Source: Microcystis aeruginosa NIES-2549 (lineage in GTDB: Bacteria > Cyanobacteriota > Cyanobacteriia > Cyanobacteriales > Microcystaceae). Taken from it: a DNA stretch of 32,000 nucleotides. Positions 8,338 to 17,366 of the stretch are shown in pieces (position 1 is the first letter of the stretch; every line of letters begins with the position of its first letter). Made by a program: the position numbers and the translations under genes. Location of the stretch: NCBI RefSeq assembly GCF_000981785.2, contig NZ_CP011304.1, forward strand, positions 270,001-302,000, written 5' to 3'. Under the pieces are notes generated by a model, which did no database searches, was not told the origin of the DNA, and saw nothing but the letters and a program-made list of their open reading frames with translations.

Positions 8338-8467
8338 GGGCTGGCTGAATAAATCTAAAAACCTTGTTGGGTAAGAATTTTAGACTTTTTGTCAATCAAA
8401 AAATACCAGATCTGGGAGTGAGCAGCGGGAAAATTCAGGTACTTTTTCCCTGAAAATTAGGATTGAC
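8338..8467 (+). repeat. Dispersed ~130-bp repeat, family 1, copy A
   Basis: About four-fifths identical by eye to 11777-11908 in the same orientation (ggctgaataaatctaaaaaccttg...gggaaaatt...ttttccctgaaaattagg). It contains a conserved hairpin, gggaaaa/ttttccc. Confidence 0.8.
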
Positions 8468-8713
8468 CCTAAATAGCTGGGCAAAAAATCAAGAAAAACA
8501 GCAAAAAAGCGCAGTTACCCCCTTGACAAATAGCCAAAACTAGGCATTAGTTAAATTTAATTATTTTTTAATAAAAACCGCTTTCTATCACCAGAAAAAG
8601 CTATCGGTAGATTTTTATCAGAGTAATGTAATCATCTTTACAGCTATCGGGGATCAAAGGATGTTACGGTGAAGGAGCGATGACAAACCCACTTTAAGAT
8701 CACCCCGATTGCT

Positions 8714-9094
8714 ATGGCACAGATTCTCGATCCCCTCCCCAACGGCAAGAAAAATAGTATTCTTTGTTGCTATGTCAATGCGACCAATCATATTCAAATT
8801 GTTCGCATCACCAATATTGCTAACTGGTATTTTGAAAGGGTGGTTTTCCCCGGGCAGCGTTTAGTATTTGAGACCCTAGCGGATGCTTTCTTAGAGATTC
8901 ATACCGGGATGATGGCCAGTGCCATCCTTTCCGATAATATCCCCTGTGAACGCCTTTATATCAGCGATGGGGATGACGATGACTCCGACGGTCAACTGGA
9001 CAGGGAAGTATTTTATCCCCATTCCCTAGAGGAAAGTCAAGGGGCGAAAATTGACAATACCGTACCCTTCGGTTTAACTTTAGCTTCCGCCTAG
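8714..9094 (+). CDS. DUF1830-type cyanobacterial protein with an acidic C-terminal extension
   Basis: 126-aa ORF. ILCCYVNATNHIQIVRITNIANWYFERVVFPGQRLVFE matches the DUF1830 pattern as I remember it. Confidence 0.7.
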   Translation: MAQILDPLPNGKKNSILCCYVNATNHIQIVRITNIANWYFERVVFPGQRLVFETLADAFLEIHTGMMASAILSDNIPCERLYISDGDDDDSDGQLDREVFYPHSLEESQGAKIDNTVPFGLTLASA

Positions 9095-9102
9095 CTAATA
9101 AC

Positions 9103-11730
9103 CTACTCCGATAATTCCCCTCGCACGAGAATGACAGTGCAGTTAACGGCACGGGCAATCGTCGAGGGGATATTGCCATTTAAGAACTGATTGAGCAAAC
9201 TTTCCCTAGATGCACCCAAAAGCACCAAAGAACAATCCTCCGATTCTACCAGATTAATTACCGCCTCGGCCGGAGAGGCCGAACGAATCGGTAAAGGCAC
9301 AATCGGCTGTGCGATCGCTTTCTGTAAAGATGCTTGTAAAACTTCCAAAATAGACAGATCTGGCAGTAACTCCGTCGGAGAATAGATTTTACATAACCAA
9401 AGTTTGGGATGATCCGAAGACTCGGACAAAGACAGCAAACTAGGCAATAATGCTAAGGCGCGTTGAGCATTGGGACCGCCGGCAGTGGGAATCAGCCAAA
9501 TCCTTTCCCGATTAGGATCGTTGGGAAAACAATCCTTTGTCCCCAATTTTACCAAGATGGTTTCACAGGGAGCCTCAGCGATCAAAGTATCGACTGAAAA
9601 CCCAAAAATCGCCCCAGTAGTCGATCTTTCCCCCGTCCAACCCATAATTAATAAATTGCTGTGTCGTTCGCGAATCGTGGCTAAAATCCCGTCGGCGATA
9701 TCCTGAGCCACCGAAATTTGTGTATGAACAGAGATATTCTGCTGTCGGGCTAATCTTTCTAGACGATGAAGTAATTTGCGTCCTTCCCGCGTATCTACCC
9801 TGACTTCCGCCGGAGAACTAAGACGAGGCACAGTAATCACATACAGACAATCTATCTCATAATTGCGTTCACGGGCGATTGCAACAGCAATTTTAAACAA
9901 AGCGGTAGCGGTGTCGGGATTGGCAATGGGTAATAAAATCCGGCCTATTCCCACAGCCGGGGAACGAGTTTGATAAACCACATAGGAAGGGGTACTGCGT
10001 TGGGGCAGTTGACAAACCCCCCCTAATTGATCAGCTTCCACCCGGATAATATCGGTGCGGGTGATGATCCCCACCAGTTTTTGACCGTCGGTAACGGGTA
10101 AACGGGAAAGCTGATAGCGATTTAACAGAAATAAAACATCGGTTAACGCTGCCTGGGGGGCCACCGTAATCGGATTGGGAGTCATGATCTCCCGCAGGAC
10201 GGTTTGACTGTTTTTTGATCGCCATTTATCCAGATCACTTTGGGTAAAAATCCCCAATAGTCGCCCCTGTTCCACCACGGGAAAACCGCGATGATGGGAA
10301 CGGGACATAATTTTCACCACTTCCCCCAGGGGTAAATCTGCCGCCAGAATTTCCACCTGCGATTGCATCACATCTATAGCCGACAGATGGGCCAGCACAT
10401 CATTAGCAGGGGTTTCCTCGTTGAGAATAATACCACTAGCGGAAAGCAAATGCTGATAGAGGGAACCGGGTAGAATGCTTTCGGCAGTGATATAAGAAAC
10501 GGCACAGGTCAACATCAGGGGCAGCACAACATTAAAATTGTGATGCAGTTCAAAGACAATCACGATCGCCGTTACTGGAACCCTGACTACTCCCGTAAAA
10601 AAAGCCCCCATACCCGCTAAAGCATAACTAGGTTCGCTGCCGAAACCCATAATTTTCGTCTCGATTCCCCCCACCAGAAACCCCAAACAGGATCCCAACA
10701 CCAAAGCGGGGGCGAGGAGTCCTCCAGGGGCGCCGGAACTGTAGGAGATCATCGTCAGGAAAAAATAGACCACAAAAGCGAGGGCGGTATTCTGCCAACT
10801 TAATTCCCCTGCCAGCAAAAATTCGCGTAAACCCGTATTATCTCGGAAAAAGTCGGGTAAAAAAGCCACTACCGTTCCCGATAAGCCACTGACCAGACCG
10901 ATGCGCCAAGCTAAAGATAACCGCCAACGCCGCTGCATCTGGCTACAAAAAAGGATGCCTTGATTGAATAAAGCCCCCAATAAGCCCGCTAAAGCCCCTA
11001 AAAGGCAATAAATGGGTATTTCTTGGGCAGAGAAGCTAATATTGGCATATTCAGTGATGATCGAGGGGGTATTCTGCAGCATCATCGAAACCACGGCCCC
11101 GGTAAAGGAAGCCACGATCGCCGTTTCTAGGGTCATACTGGAAACATCGCGCATTAATTCCTCGATCACAAAGAGGACCCCGGCGATGGGAGTAGTAAAA
11201 CCGGCCGCTAACCCCGCAGCTGCCCCGGCTGCGATCATCTGACGACGGTGATCGGGACTGGTGGGCAGCCAGACGCTTAATTGGGCCGCCAGGGCTGCCC
11301 CGATGTGTACCGTGGGGGCCCGACGACCAAGGGTTAAACCACCGCCAAGGATCAGGATCGCCCCGATCATTTTTACGACGGCAACGCGCCAAGACAGGGG
11401 CAAAGGATATTTAGCTAGGGCCGCTTTTACTTGGGGAATACCACCCCCGGCGGCTGCGGGGGAGAAGTGTTCCACAATCCAGCCGGCGCTGTAACCAAGC
11501 AGAAAACCGCCGAGGGGCAAAACTAGGAAAGGAGAGGAATTGGCTACTAGATGCACCCGCCAACCACCTAACCAACCGATGCCCAATTTCAGGATAATAG
11601 CGGCAAGGGCGGAGAGAATTCCGATTAAACAGGCGACCAGTAAAGCATAGCGACTATCGGTCGCGCTACGTCCGAAGTGTTGGGATTTAAACCACTGACG
11701 GAGGTTTTGGTGACGGGCAAAAAGTCCCAT
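9103..11730 (-). CDS. CLC-family chloride channel fused to a CBS pair and two universal-stress-protein domains
   Basis: 875-aa ORF with CLC motifs GGGIPQVK, GRRAPTVHIG and GVLFVIEE. Two CBS-like modules follow (RGFPVVEQGRLLGIFT, LPVTDGQKLVGIIT). Two USP-like modules come last (ILLPIANPD...LLIMGW and WLIPTAGGPN...LVLLGA). Confidence 0.9.
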   Translation of the reverse strand: MGLFARHQNLRQWFKSQHFGRSATDSRYALLVACLIGILSALAAIILKLGIGWLGGWRVHLVANSSPFLVLPLGGFLLGYSAGWIVEHFSPAAAGGGIPQVKAALAKYPLPLSWRVAVVKMIGAILILGGGLTLGRRAPTVHIGAALAAQLSVWLPTSPDHRRQMIAAGAAAGLAAGFTTPIAGVLFVIEELMRDVSSMTLETAIVASFTGAVVSMMLQNTPSIITEYANISFSAQEIPIYCLLGALAGLLGALFNQGILFCSQMQRRWRLSLAWRIGLVSGLSGTVVAFLPDFFRDNTGLREFLLAGELSWQNTALAFVVYFFLTMISYSSGAPGGLLAPALVLGSCLGFLVGGIETKIMGFGSEPSYALAGMGAFFTGVVRVPVTAIVIVFELHHNFNVVLPLMLTCAVSYITAESILPGSLYQHLLSASGIILNEETPANDVLAHLSAIDVMQSQVEILAADLPLGEVVKIMSRSHHRGFPVVEQGRLLGIFTQSDLDKWRSKNSQTVLREIMTPNPITVAPQAALTDVLFLLNRYQLSRLPVTDGQKLVGIITRTDIIRVEADQLGGVCQLPQRSTPSYVVYQTRSPAVGIGRILLPIANPDTATALFKIAVAIARERNYEIDCLYVITVPRLSSPAEVRVDTREGRKLLHRLERLARQQNISVHTQISVAQDIADGILATIRERHSNLLIMGWTGERSTTGAIFGFSVDTLIAEAPCETILVKLGTKDCFPNDPNRERIWLIPTAGGPNAQRALALLPSLLSLSESSDHPKLWLCKIYSPTELLPDLSILEVLQASLQKAIAQPIVPLPIRSASPAEAVINLVESEDCSLVLLGASRESLLNQFLNGNIPSTIARAVNCTVILVRGELSE

Positions 11731-11776
11731 AATTATCAGGGAGAATCAAGGCAATGGCGGAGCGAGGATTTATTTC

Positions 11777-11908
11777 GGGTTGGCTGAATAAATCTAAAAA
11801 CCTTGTGGGATAAGACTTTTAGACCTTTTTGAAATCCAAAAGTGCCGAGACCGGGAGTACTCAGGGGGAAAATTCCGGGACTTTTCCCCTGAAAATTAGG
11901 TAATTGAC
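11777..11908 (+). repeat. Dispersed ~130-bp repeat, family 1, copy B
   Basis: Aligns with 8338-8467. The hairpin ggggaaaa/ttttcccc is retained. Confidence 0.8.
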
Positions 11909-11927
11909 TACCTGAAAATCGGTAAAA

Positions 11928-11960
11928 CCCTACACCCTACACCCTACACCCTACACCCTG
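11928..11960. repeat. Heptanucleotide tandem array (CCCTACA)x4 plus a partial unit
   Basis: ccctacaccctacaccctacaccctacaccctg read directly from the sequence. Confidence 0.9.
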
Positions 11961-11995
11961 CTCCCACCAACAAACTTTTTCAGCAAACCCTAATT
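11961..11995 (-). repeat. Dispersed ~35-bp repeat, family 2, inverted copy
   Basis: The reverse complement aattagggtttgctgaaaaagtttgttggtgggag matches 22644-22677 (aattagggtttactgaaaaagtttcttggtggag) at about 32 of 34 positions. Confidence 0.8.
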
Positions 11996-12057
11996 ATATT
12001 AATTTAGCTCAAGGGCCGAAGCTCCTATCACATTTTTTAGCTAATGTCAATAAAGTT

Positions 12058-12561
12058 ATGAAACGATTTCTATTATTATTTTGTGTTCTCGTCAGTTTTT
12101 TGCTATTTATTAGCCTTCAAATCGATTTTTCCTTGTCCGCACTAGCTCTAACTCGACAACAGCTAGAAGGACCGGGGCAGCTGTTATATCAATCCCGTCA
12201 TAGTTTGCGCGATGATGTCGGTAGTCCTTGGCAGGTGGTGTTATTTAAACGAGTTAAAGATGGGGAAACGGTAGAAATTAGTTTGCGCTTGGTGGGATTT
12301 CCAGAGGGGATTGAGTTTCTTCACCCAGAAAGATTAACGATAACCACTGCTAAAGGGCAAATTTTAGCGGCTGAGGATGCTTTTGCCCAAGAATCACCCG
12401 CAGCTAACGTTGGTCAATACAAGATGCGGGATATCTTAGCACAGCTACCCGTTACCGAAGCGATCGAGCTTTCCCTACCCCTAGACAATCCCCGCTCTCT
12501 CAGTATCCCGATTCCTGTACTTTTGGAATGGCAAAGTCTGCTTTTTTCCGTAAATGTTTGA
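12058..12561 (+). CDS. Secreted/membrane-anchored hypothetical protein, possibly DUF3122-type
   Basis: 167-aa ORF with an N-terminal hydrophobic signal-like segment (FLLLFCVLVSFLLFISL). The family assignment is from memory only. Confidence 0.6.
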   Translation: MKRFLLLFCVLVSFLLFISLQIDFSLSALALTRQQLEGPGQLLYQSRHSLRDDVGSPWQVVLFKRVKDGETVEISLRLVGFPEGIEFLHPERLTITTAKGQILAAEDAFAQESPAANVGQYKMRDILAQLPVTEAIELSLPLDNPRSLSIPIPVLLEWQSLLFSVNV

Positions 12562-12696
12562 CTTTTTGGGTTAGGGTGAAAAATTGAGAATCACCTTGGG
12601 GCTGTTTGGTACTTTATCTGACTACAATGCCCAATTAGCAAAAGTTTCAGCTATCACCACTACAATACAATCAGTACCAAAATTCTAATTGTCTGA

Positions 12697-13083
12697 CTAC
12701 AGTTCTAAAGCTTCGTAGATGTATAATTTGTTCAAAAAACCGACGGTGCTGAAGTGATAACTAGGTAAAGGGGGAGGGAACGATAATTCCGTTTGATAAA
12801 CGCTGAAAATGAGAAAATTCTTTCTAGATGTGTTAGTGGCGATCGCTTCTTGTAAAAAAGGATGACCCGTATCCACCAACATTTTACAGTAACCCCGCAA
12901 GAGAGCCTGCACCTCGATGGAAGCTTGCGCCCGAGCGCAGACATTATCCTTAAGATAGCTAGTTAACGTCTGGGAGGCGTATTGTTCGTAATCTTGACGA
13001 TTGGGGTTAGTTGTCAGCAATATCCCCGCAATTCCCCCTAAAACCACTCCTAACACCATTCCCCCTAACCGCGCCAATTTCAT
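12697..13083 (-). CDS. Small membrane-anchored protein, DUF4359-like
   Basis: 128-aa ORF with an N-terminal TM segment (GGMVLGVVLGGIAGILL) followed by TNPNRQDYEQYA and RKNFLIFSVYQTEL. I recall these as typical of cyanobacterial DUF4359. Confidence 0.6.
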   Translation of the reverse strand: MKLARLGGMVLGVVLGGIAGILLTTNPNRQDYEQYASQTLTSYLKDNVCARAQASIEVQALLRGYCKMLVDTGHPFLQEAIATNTSRKNFLIFSVYQTELSFPPPLPSYHFSTVGFLNKLYIYEALEL

Positions 13084-13184
13084 AAGCTCTCAAATCATCA
13101 CTCACTTACCCTAACGATAGCCCGAATTAGGATAAAAAACCTCTTGTCAACCATTCGTCTTGTGCTATACTTGGAAAGGTGTAC

Positions 13185-13258
13185 GGCGAGCGTAGCCAAG
13201 TGGTTAAGGCAGTGGATTGTGGTTCCACCACTCGGGGGTTCGAGTCCCCTCGTTCGCC
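13185..13258 (+). tRNA. tRNA-His (anticodon GTG) with encoded G-1
   Basis: I folded the cloverleaf by hand. The acceptor stem is GCGAGCG/CGTTCGC with an extra 5' G opposite C73. The anticodon stem is GTGGA/TCCAC with loop TTGTGGT (GTG at 13219-13221). The T arm is GGGGG-TTCGAGT-CCCCT. No CCA is encoded. Confidence 0.93.
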
Positions 13259-13530
13259 CTCTTTTCAAGACCCTCGATTTCAGGGTAGGCTAAATTCGCA
13301 CTACATCAACATCATTTTTGTGGTAGTTCTGAGCGTCGTTTCTGACAGCAAAATAATATCTGGGGAGTTTAGAATTAGCATCTAATGGATCAGATAGTGA
13401 TGCCATTCAGACTTAAATTGACCTTTTAAATACAGAAATTTTTTCTAGAATGTAGTGATTAGGAAAAATTTAAGAATATCTGCTCACCTAGCCCGGTCTT
13501 TTATATTAACCGATTAAGAGGATAATTACC

Positions 13531-13965
13531 GTGAAAACAGCGAAATATCCCGAAAAAATTGCCGCTCTCTGGACAACATTCCTCTTGGGAACCCTATTTC
13601 ACACGCAACTAGGGTTAATGCCACTCTTCCATGGTCAATCGATCATCGAGAGTAATCAAACCAGCAATCTCGATCCGATTTTCTGGGGAATGTTACTCTT
13701 TTTTTTGCTGCCAATGTTAGCGATTATCGGGGTCAATTTTAGTGAAAGTCGTTCCTTGAGAAAAACCCATTTCTGGCTAACAATTGTCTATTCTATCTTA
13801 AATTTAGCCCATCTGATCGCCGATCTTCTGGTCAGACCGATTGCCTGGTATCAAATCGCTCTCATGGCAATTTTATTGATCATTGGACTGATTTTAAATC
13901 TAGTTTCCTATCAATGGCTGCGTTTAGCGATCGCCCATCCGCGCCATCTCTCGGAAAATCATTAG
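13531..13965 (+). CDS. Hypothetical integral membrane protein (about 4 TM segments), GTG start
   Basis: 144-aa ORF with four hydrophobic stretches. I recognise no family. Confidence 0.55.
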   Translation: MKTAKYPEKIAALWTTFLLGTLFHTQLGLMPLFHGQSIIESNQTSNLDPIFWGMLLFFLLPMLAIIGVNFSESRSLRKTHFWLTIVYSILNLAHLIADLLVRPIAWYQIALMAILLIIGLILNLVSYQWLRLAIAHPRHLSENH

Positions 13966-14352
13966 CAGCGCCAAGATCAAAGGGTAGCCGGTTGACTAAC
14001 TGATCCACACAAGAGGATGCCTTTTGATCTTAAGTTGGTGCTTATTAAGGCAAAAGCAAGCTTAAACCGTAGCTAAAGCGATTTTTTTGAAAATATAGCT
14101 TAAAAACTCTAATTAATTTTTATTATTCCCCAGATCAGCCCATAAATTGCCCCTATTTCCTGGCCGCTGCTGCGACCACATCTGACCAAGTATGGATCTT
14201 TTTAGCTATGATGGTTCAGAAGCAAGCCAATAAAGGGAACTTTCGCGGCTGGTTATTCATCAAAAAACTCCTGATCGGAGGAGTTAAGTAGACGATATAG
14301 TTCAGATTAACGGCAAATATTGGTTAATAGTAATAACGAGGTAATTATTTTG

Positions 14353-15150
14353 ATGAAATCTCTCATTCGTTGGACGGCAACCCTTGGTTTAGTAGGAACG
14401 ACAATGTTGACTTCGCTGCTGGGCAGCTACTCTAAAGCACTCGCTTTACCGGAAGAACAAATCGTCAAAACCTTGCAGTCTGTACCTGTCTTCGCTATTG
14501 CCGATGATCAAGGAGGTCCCCTAATTGTCGTAGAAAAAGAACAGAAATTCACGCCAGTTTTTATCAGTCAGCAGGACGCACAGAACTTTTTTGAACGACT
14601 GAAAAAAGAGAATCCTGAAGTAGCTAGTAAAGGTAAAGTTCAGCCTTTTTCCTTGGCAGATGTCTATAAAATGCAAGCCAGTCAAACCGAACAAAATCGT
14701 TTAATGATCTATTTTGTTCCCAAAGAGTCGGAAGTAGAATCGGCGAAAAAACTGCTCAGTGAAAGAGGTCAACAGTATCAAGGTGGTGTACCTTTATTTG
14801 TGCTGAAAGCGAGAAAAGAGGGTAGTTTTCTGATGATCAGGCCCGATAATCAGGATGTTATTCCTTTATTCTTTGAAAAAGCCACCGCTTTGCAAATGGT
14901 AGAACAATACAAAAAAGATAATCCCGCAGAAGCGGCCACGGTAAAAATTGATGTTGTTCCCCTAGAAACTGTCATCGCCAGCCTACAACAAAGCAACGAT
15001 GAATTTTTTACTAAAATTATCCTCTTTCCTAGCCAAGAAATGCTTAATTTTATCCGAGCAAATATTAACCAAAATGCTCCCAACCAACCCCCGGCAAATC
15101 AGCCACGCCCTAATAATAATACCAATAATCCCCCCGCCCCCAATCGTTAA
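14353..15150 (+). CDS. Tic22-like periplasmic protein
   Basis: The ORF opens at 14320 (TTG), but the ATG at 14353 gives MKSLIRWTATLGLVGTTML, a signal-peptide-like N-terminus. Duplicated PVF/PLF...DA/A..motifs (VPVFAIADDQGGPLIV, FTPVFISQQDAQNF, VPLFVLK, IPLFFEKATALQ) resemble Tic22. The tail is proline/asparagine-rich. Confidence 0.65.
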   Translation: MKSLIRWTATLGLVGTTMLTSLLGSYSKALALPEEQIVKTLQSVPVFAIADDQGGPLIVVEKEQKFTPVFISQQDAQNFFERLKKENPEVASKGKVQPFSLADVYKMQASQTEQNRLMIYFVPKESEVESAKKLLSERGQQYQGGVPLFVLKARKEGSFLMIRPDNQDVIPLFFEKATALQMVEQYKKDNPAEAATVKIDVVPLETVIASLQQSNDEFFTKIILFPSQEMLNFIRANINQNAPNQPPANQPRPNNNTNNPPAPNR

Positions 15151-15155
15151 GCCTT

Positions 15156-16040
15156 GTGTCTGCTAGTATTTCCGGTCAAGAATTAAGTCAATGGCGCCAA
15201 CAGGCGATCGCTGATTTAGCGCAAGCGCAAATATCGGCCAAGGAAGTGGATATCTTTCTGCAAGCAGTGACAGATTTAGATAATCTTTCCCTGCGCTTAC
15301 AATCCTTTCGGGAACGAGAAAAAATCCCCTTGAGTTATTCTTGGTCGGAAATTACTGAACGCTGGCAAAAACGCCTGCAATCAAGGGTTCCCTTGCAGTA
15401 TTTGCTCGAATCGGTGGTCTGGCGTAACTTTACCCTGAAAGTCTCCCCGGGGGTCTTAATTCCTCGTCCCGAAACCGAGTTATTAATCGATATCGTTGGA
15501 GAAACCGTCAGAGGAGACGAGGGGGGAATCTGGGTAGATCTGGGAACCGGTAGCGGTGCGATCGCTATTGGTTTAGCTAGTATCTTGACAAAAGCAGCAA
15601 TATATGCTACTGATTACAGTCAAACGGCTTTAGCGATCGCCAAAGAGAATATCATCAAGACGGGTTTTGCCGACAGAATTATCTTAAAACAGGGTTCTTG
15701 GTGGACACCCCTAGAGAAGTGGAAGGGACAGATTAGCGGTATGCTGTCCAATCCTCCCTATATTCCCAGTGCAGAAATCCTCGACTTACAAATTGAAGTG
15801 CGGGAACATGAACCCCGTTTGGCCCTCGATGGAGGTGAAGACGGATTGACCGCGCTGCGCTATCTAGTGGCCACTGCTCCCGATTATCTGCGATCGGGAG
15901 GCCTTTGGCTAGTGGAAATGAGAGCCGGTCAAGGGGAAAAAGTAGCGCAAATGCTGGAAAATCAGGGCAATTATCGACAAATTCAGATTATTAACGACCT
16001 AGCAGGTTTCGATCGCTTTGTTTTGGCCGAGCGAATTTAG
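15156..16040 (+). CDS. prmC: Peptide chain release factor N5-glutamine methyltransferase
   Basis: 294-aa ORF with VPLQYLL, VSPGVLIPRPETE, DLGTGSGAIA and the catalytic SNPPYI motif. Confidence 0.9.
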   Translation: MSASISGQELSQWRQQAIADLAQAQISAKEVDIFLQAVTDLDNLSLRLQSFREREKIPLSYSWSEITERWQKRLQSRVPLQYLLESVVWRNFTLKVSPGVLIPRPETELLIDIVGETVRGDEGGIWVDLGTGSGAIAIGLASILTKAAIYATDYSQTALAIAKENIIKTGFADRIILKQGSWWTPLEKWKGQISGMLSNPPYIPSAEILDLQIEVREHEPRLALDGGEDGLTALRYLVATAPDYLRSGGLWLVEMRAGQGEKVAQMLENQGNYRQIQIINDLAGFDRFVLAERI

Positions 16041-16573
16041 CGCAATGTCCCCGCTTCGCAGTCCCGCAGCCAGAGACGCACCGCTTGGCCGATGGTGCCT
16101 TGGCTGGTTTCTAGGGGAGGTAAGGGGACTTGAGCGGGTTCAAGGGCAGCTAATTGACTGTAAACCGTCACTAATCGCCATCCTTCCCCAGTTTTAGTTA
16201 AAAATAACCAGTGATAATTCTGGAGGCTGACAGAGCGATTTTTGCTATACTGACGCTCTAAAGTCGTAAAAAAAACCTGTTGAGTGTCATCGGCAATTTG
16301 ACCGGAATATTGACTAGCAGTTAAAGGTAGGGGTGCAAATTCGGGACGACCGGCAATAATCACAAAAACCGGTGTAGATAATTTTTGGTCGATTTGGGAA
16401 CGGGTAATAACTCGATTAGCATAACCGGGTAAATCTGACAAGAGGCGATCGACTAAAAGATTTAAATCCTCCGGACAGCTAGAAAGAGGACGACTAACTG
16501 CTGGGAAGTTAATCCCGAAAATAACCAGTAATACAGCTAAATGTCGGCTAATTCTTGACAAATTTTTGCCCAT
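16037..16573 (-). CDS. Conserved hypothetical exported protein
   Basis: 178-aa ORF with an N-terminal hydrophobic segment. It overlaps the pyrF 3' end by 37 nt and the prmC 3' end by 4 nt. Confidence 0.55.
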   Translation of the reverse strand: MGKNLSRISRHLAVLLVIFGINFPAVSRPLSSCPEDLNLLVDRLLSDLPGYANRVITRSQIDQKLSTPVFVIIAGRPEFAPLPLTASQYSGQIADDTQQVFFTTLERQYSKNRSVSLQNYHWLFLTKTGEGWRLVTVYSQLAALEPAQVPLPPLETSQGTIGQAVRLWLRDCEAGTLR

Positions 16574-17238
16574 GCTACCTTTGGCTCCTCGGCACCGGTG
16601 ATCGGTCGTCCAATTACTAGATAATCAGCCCCAGCTTTAATCGCTTGGGACGGAGTCATCACCCGACTTTGATCCCCTTTACTTGACCAGGAGGGACGAA
16701 CTCCGGGACAAACTAAGAGAAAATCCTCTCCACAGACGCGCCGCAATTGCGCCACTTCTTGGGGAGAACAAACCGCCCCATCAATTCCCGATTCTTTGCC
16801 CAATAATGCCAGATTTAAGGCATATTCCGATAGTTCTAGGGGAATTTTGAGGTCGAGGGCTAATTCGCGGGCGTTAAGGCTGGTTAAAACGGTGATAGCG
16901 AGAAGTTTTGGCGGCGATAGCAGGTCAGAGATTGCCTCCTTAGCCGCCCTCAGCGCTTGCCGTCCGGCCGTAGCGTGGAGGGTGAGTAAATCCACTTGAT
17001 AGCGACTGGCGGAACGACAGGCCCCGGCGACCGTATTGGGAATATCATGAAATTTTAGGTCGAGAAAGCTCTTTTTTTGTCTTTCTTGCAGAATCCCTAG
17101 AATTTCTGCACCGCTACTGACAAATAATTCTAGTCCCACTTTCCAAAAATTGACTTCCGGCAACAGATCGAGCAATGCGATCGCTGATTCTAAATCCGGC
17201 ACATCGAGAGGAACAATAATTCGGTCTGAGTTGGTCAT
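16537..17238 (-). CDS. pyrF: Orotidine 5'-phosphate decarboxylase
   Basis: 233-aa ORF with [24 protein letters not shown] and DYLVIGRPI motifs. Confidence 0.93.
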   Translation of the reverse strand: MTNSDRIIVPLDVPDLESAIALLDLLPEVNFWKVGLELFVSSGAEILGILQERQKKSFLDLKFHDIPNTVAGACRSASRYQVDLLTLHATAGRQALRAAKEAISDLLSPPKLLAITVLTSLNARELALDLKIPLELSEYALNLALLGKESGIDGAVCSPQEVAQLRRVCGEDFLLVCPGVRPSWSSKGDQSRVMTPSQAIKAGADYLVIGRPITGAEEPKVAWAKICQELADI

Positions 17239-17253
17239 ATTGGGGCGATACAG

Positions 17254-17339
17254 TGGGGGTGTGGGGTGTGGGGTGTGGGGTGTGGGGTGTGGGGAGAGGG
17301 AAGTGGGGAGAGGGAAGTGGGGAAGTGGGGAAGTGGGGA
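17254..17339. repeat. G-rich heptamer array (GTGGGGT then GGGAAGTGGGGAGA variants)
   Basis: gtgggggtgtggggtgtggggtgtggggtgtggggtgtggggagagggaagtggggagagggaagtggggaagtggggaagtgggga has at least 11 G3-5 runs. It ends 16 nt upstream of the pyrF start codon. Confidence 0.9.
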
Positions 17340-17366
17340 CGGAGTTTAAAGGCAGTACAGCTTAAA

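Noticed and set aside
8171-8395. 74-aa minus-strand ORF upstream of hsdR.
   Set aside because: It spans a short heptamer stretch and the start of the family-1 repeat. It has no recognisable domain or ribosome-binding site.
8961-11494. Several 64-113-aa ORFs on both strands within the CLC gene (8961-9179, 9191-9385, 9470-9706, 10031-10225, 11012-11242, 11051-11392, 11261-11494).
   Set aside because: They are alternative-frame or antisense products of a GC-richer gene. Their Arg/Pro/Gly-rich composition is typical of spurious frames.
13179-13385. 68-aa ORF.
   Set aside because: It overlaps tRNA-His on the same strand, and the tRNA fold is far better supported.
14262-14285. Hairpin aactcct-gatcgg-aggagtt, with an A-run on the plus strand and therefore a U-run on the minus strand, resembling a minus-strand terminator.
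   Set aside because: No minus-strand gene lies upstream of it, since the Tic22-like gene to its right is on the plus strand. It could terminate antisense transcription, but that is unsupported.
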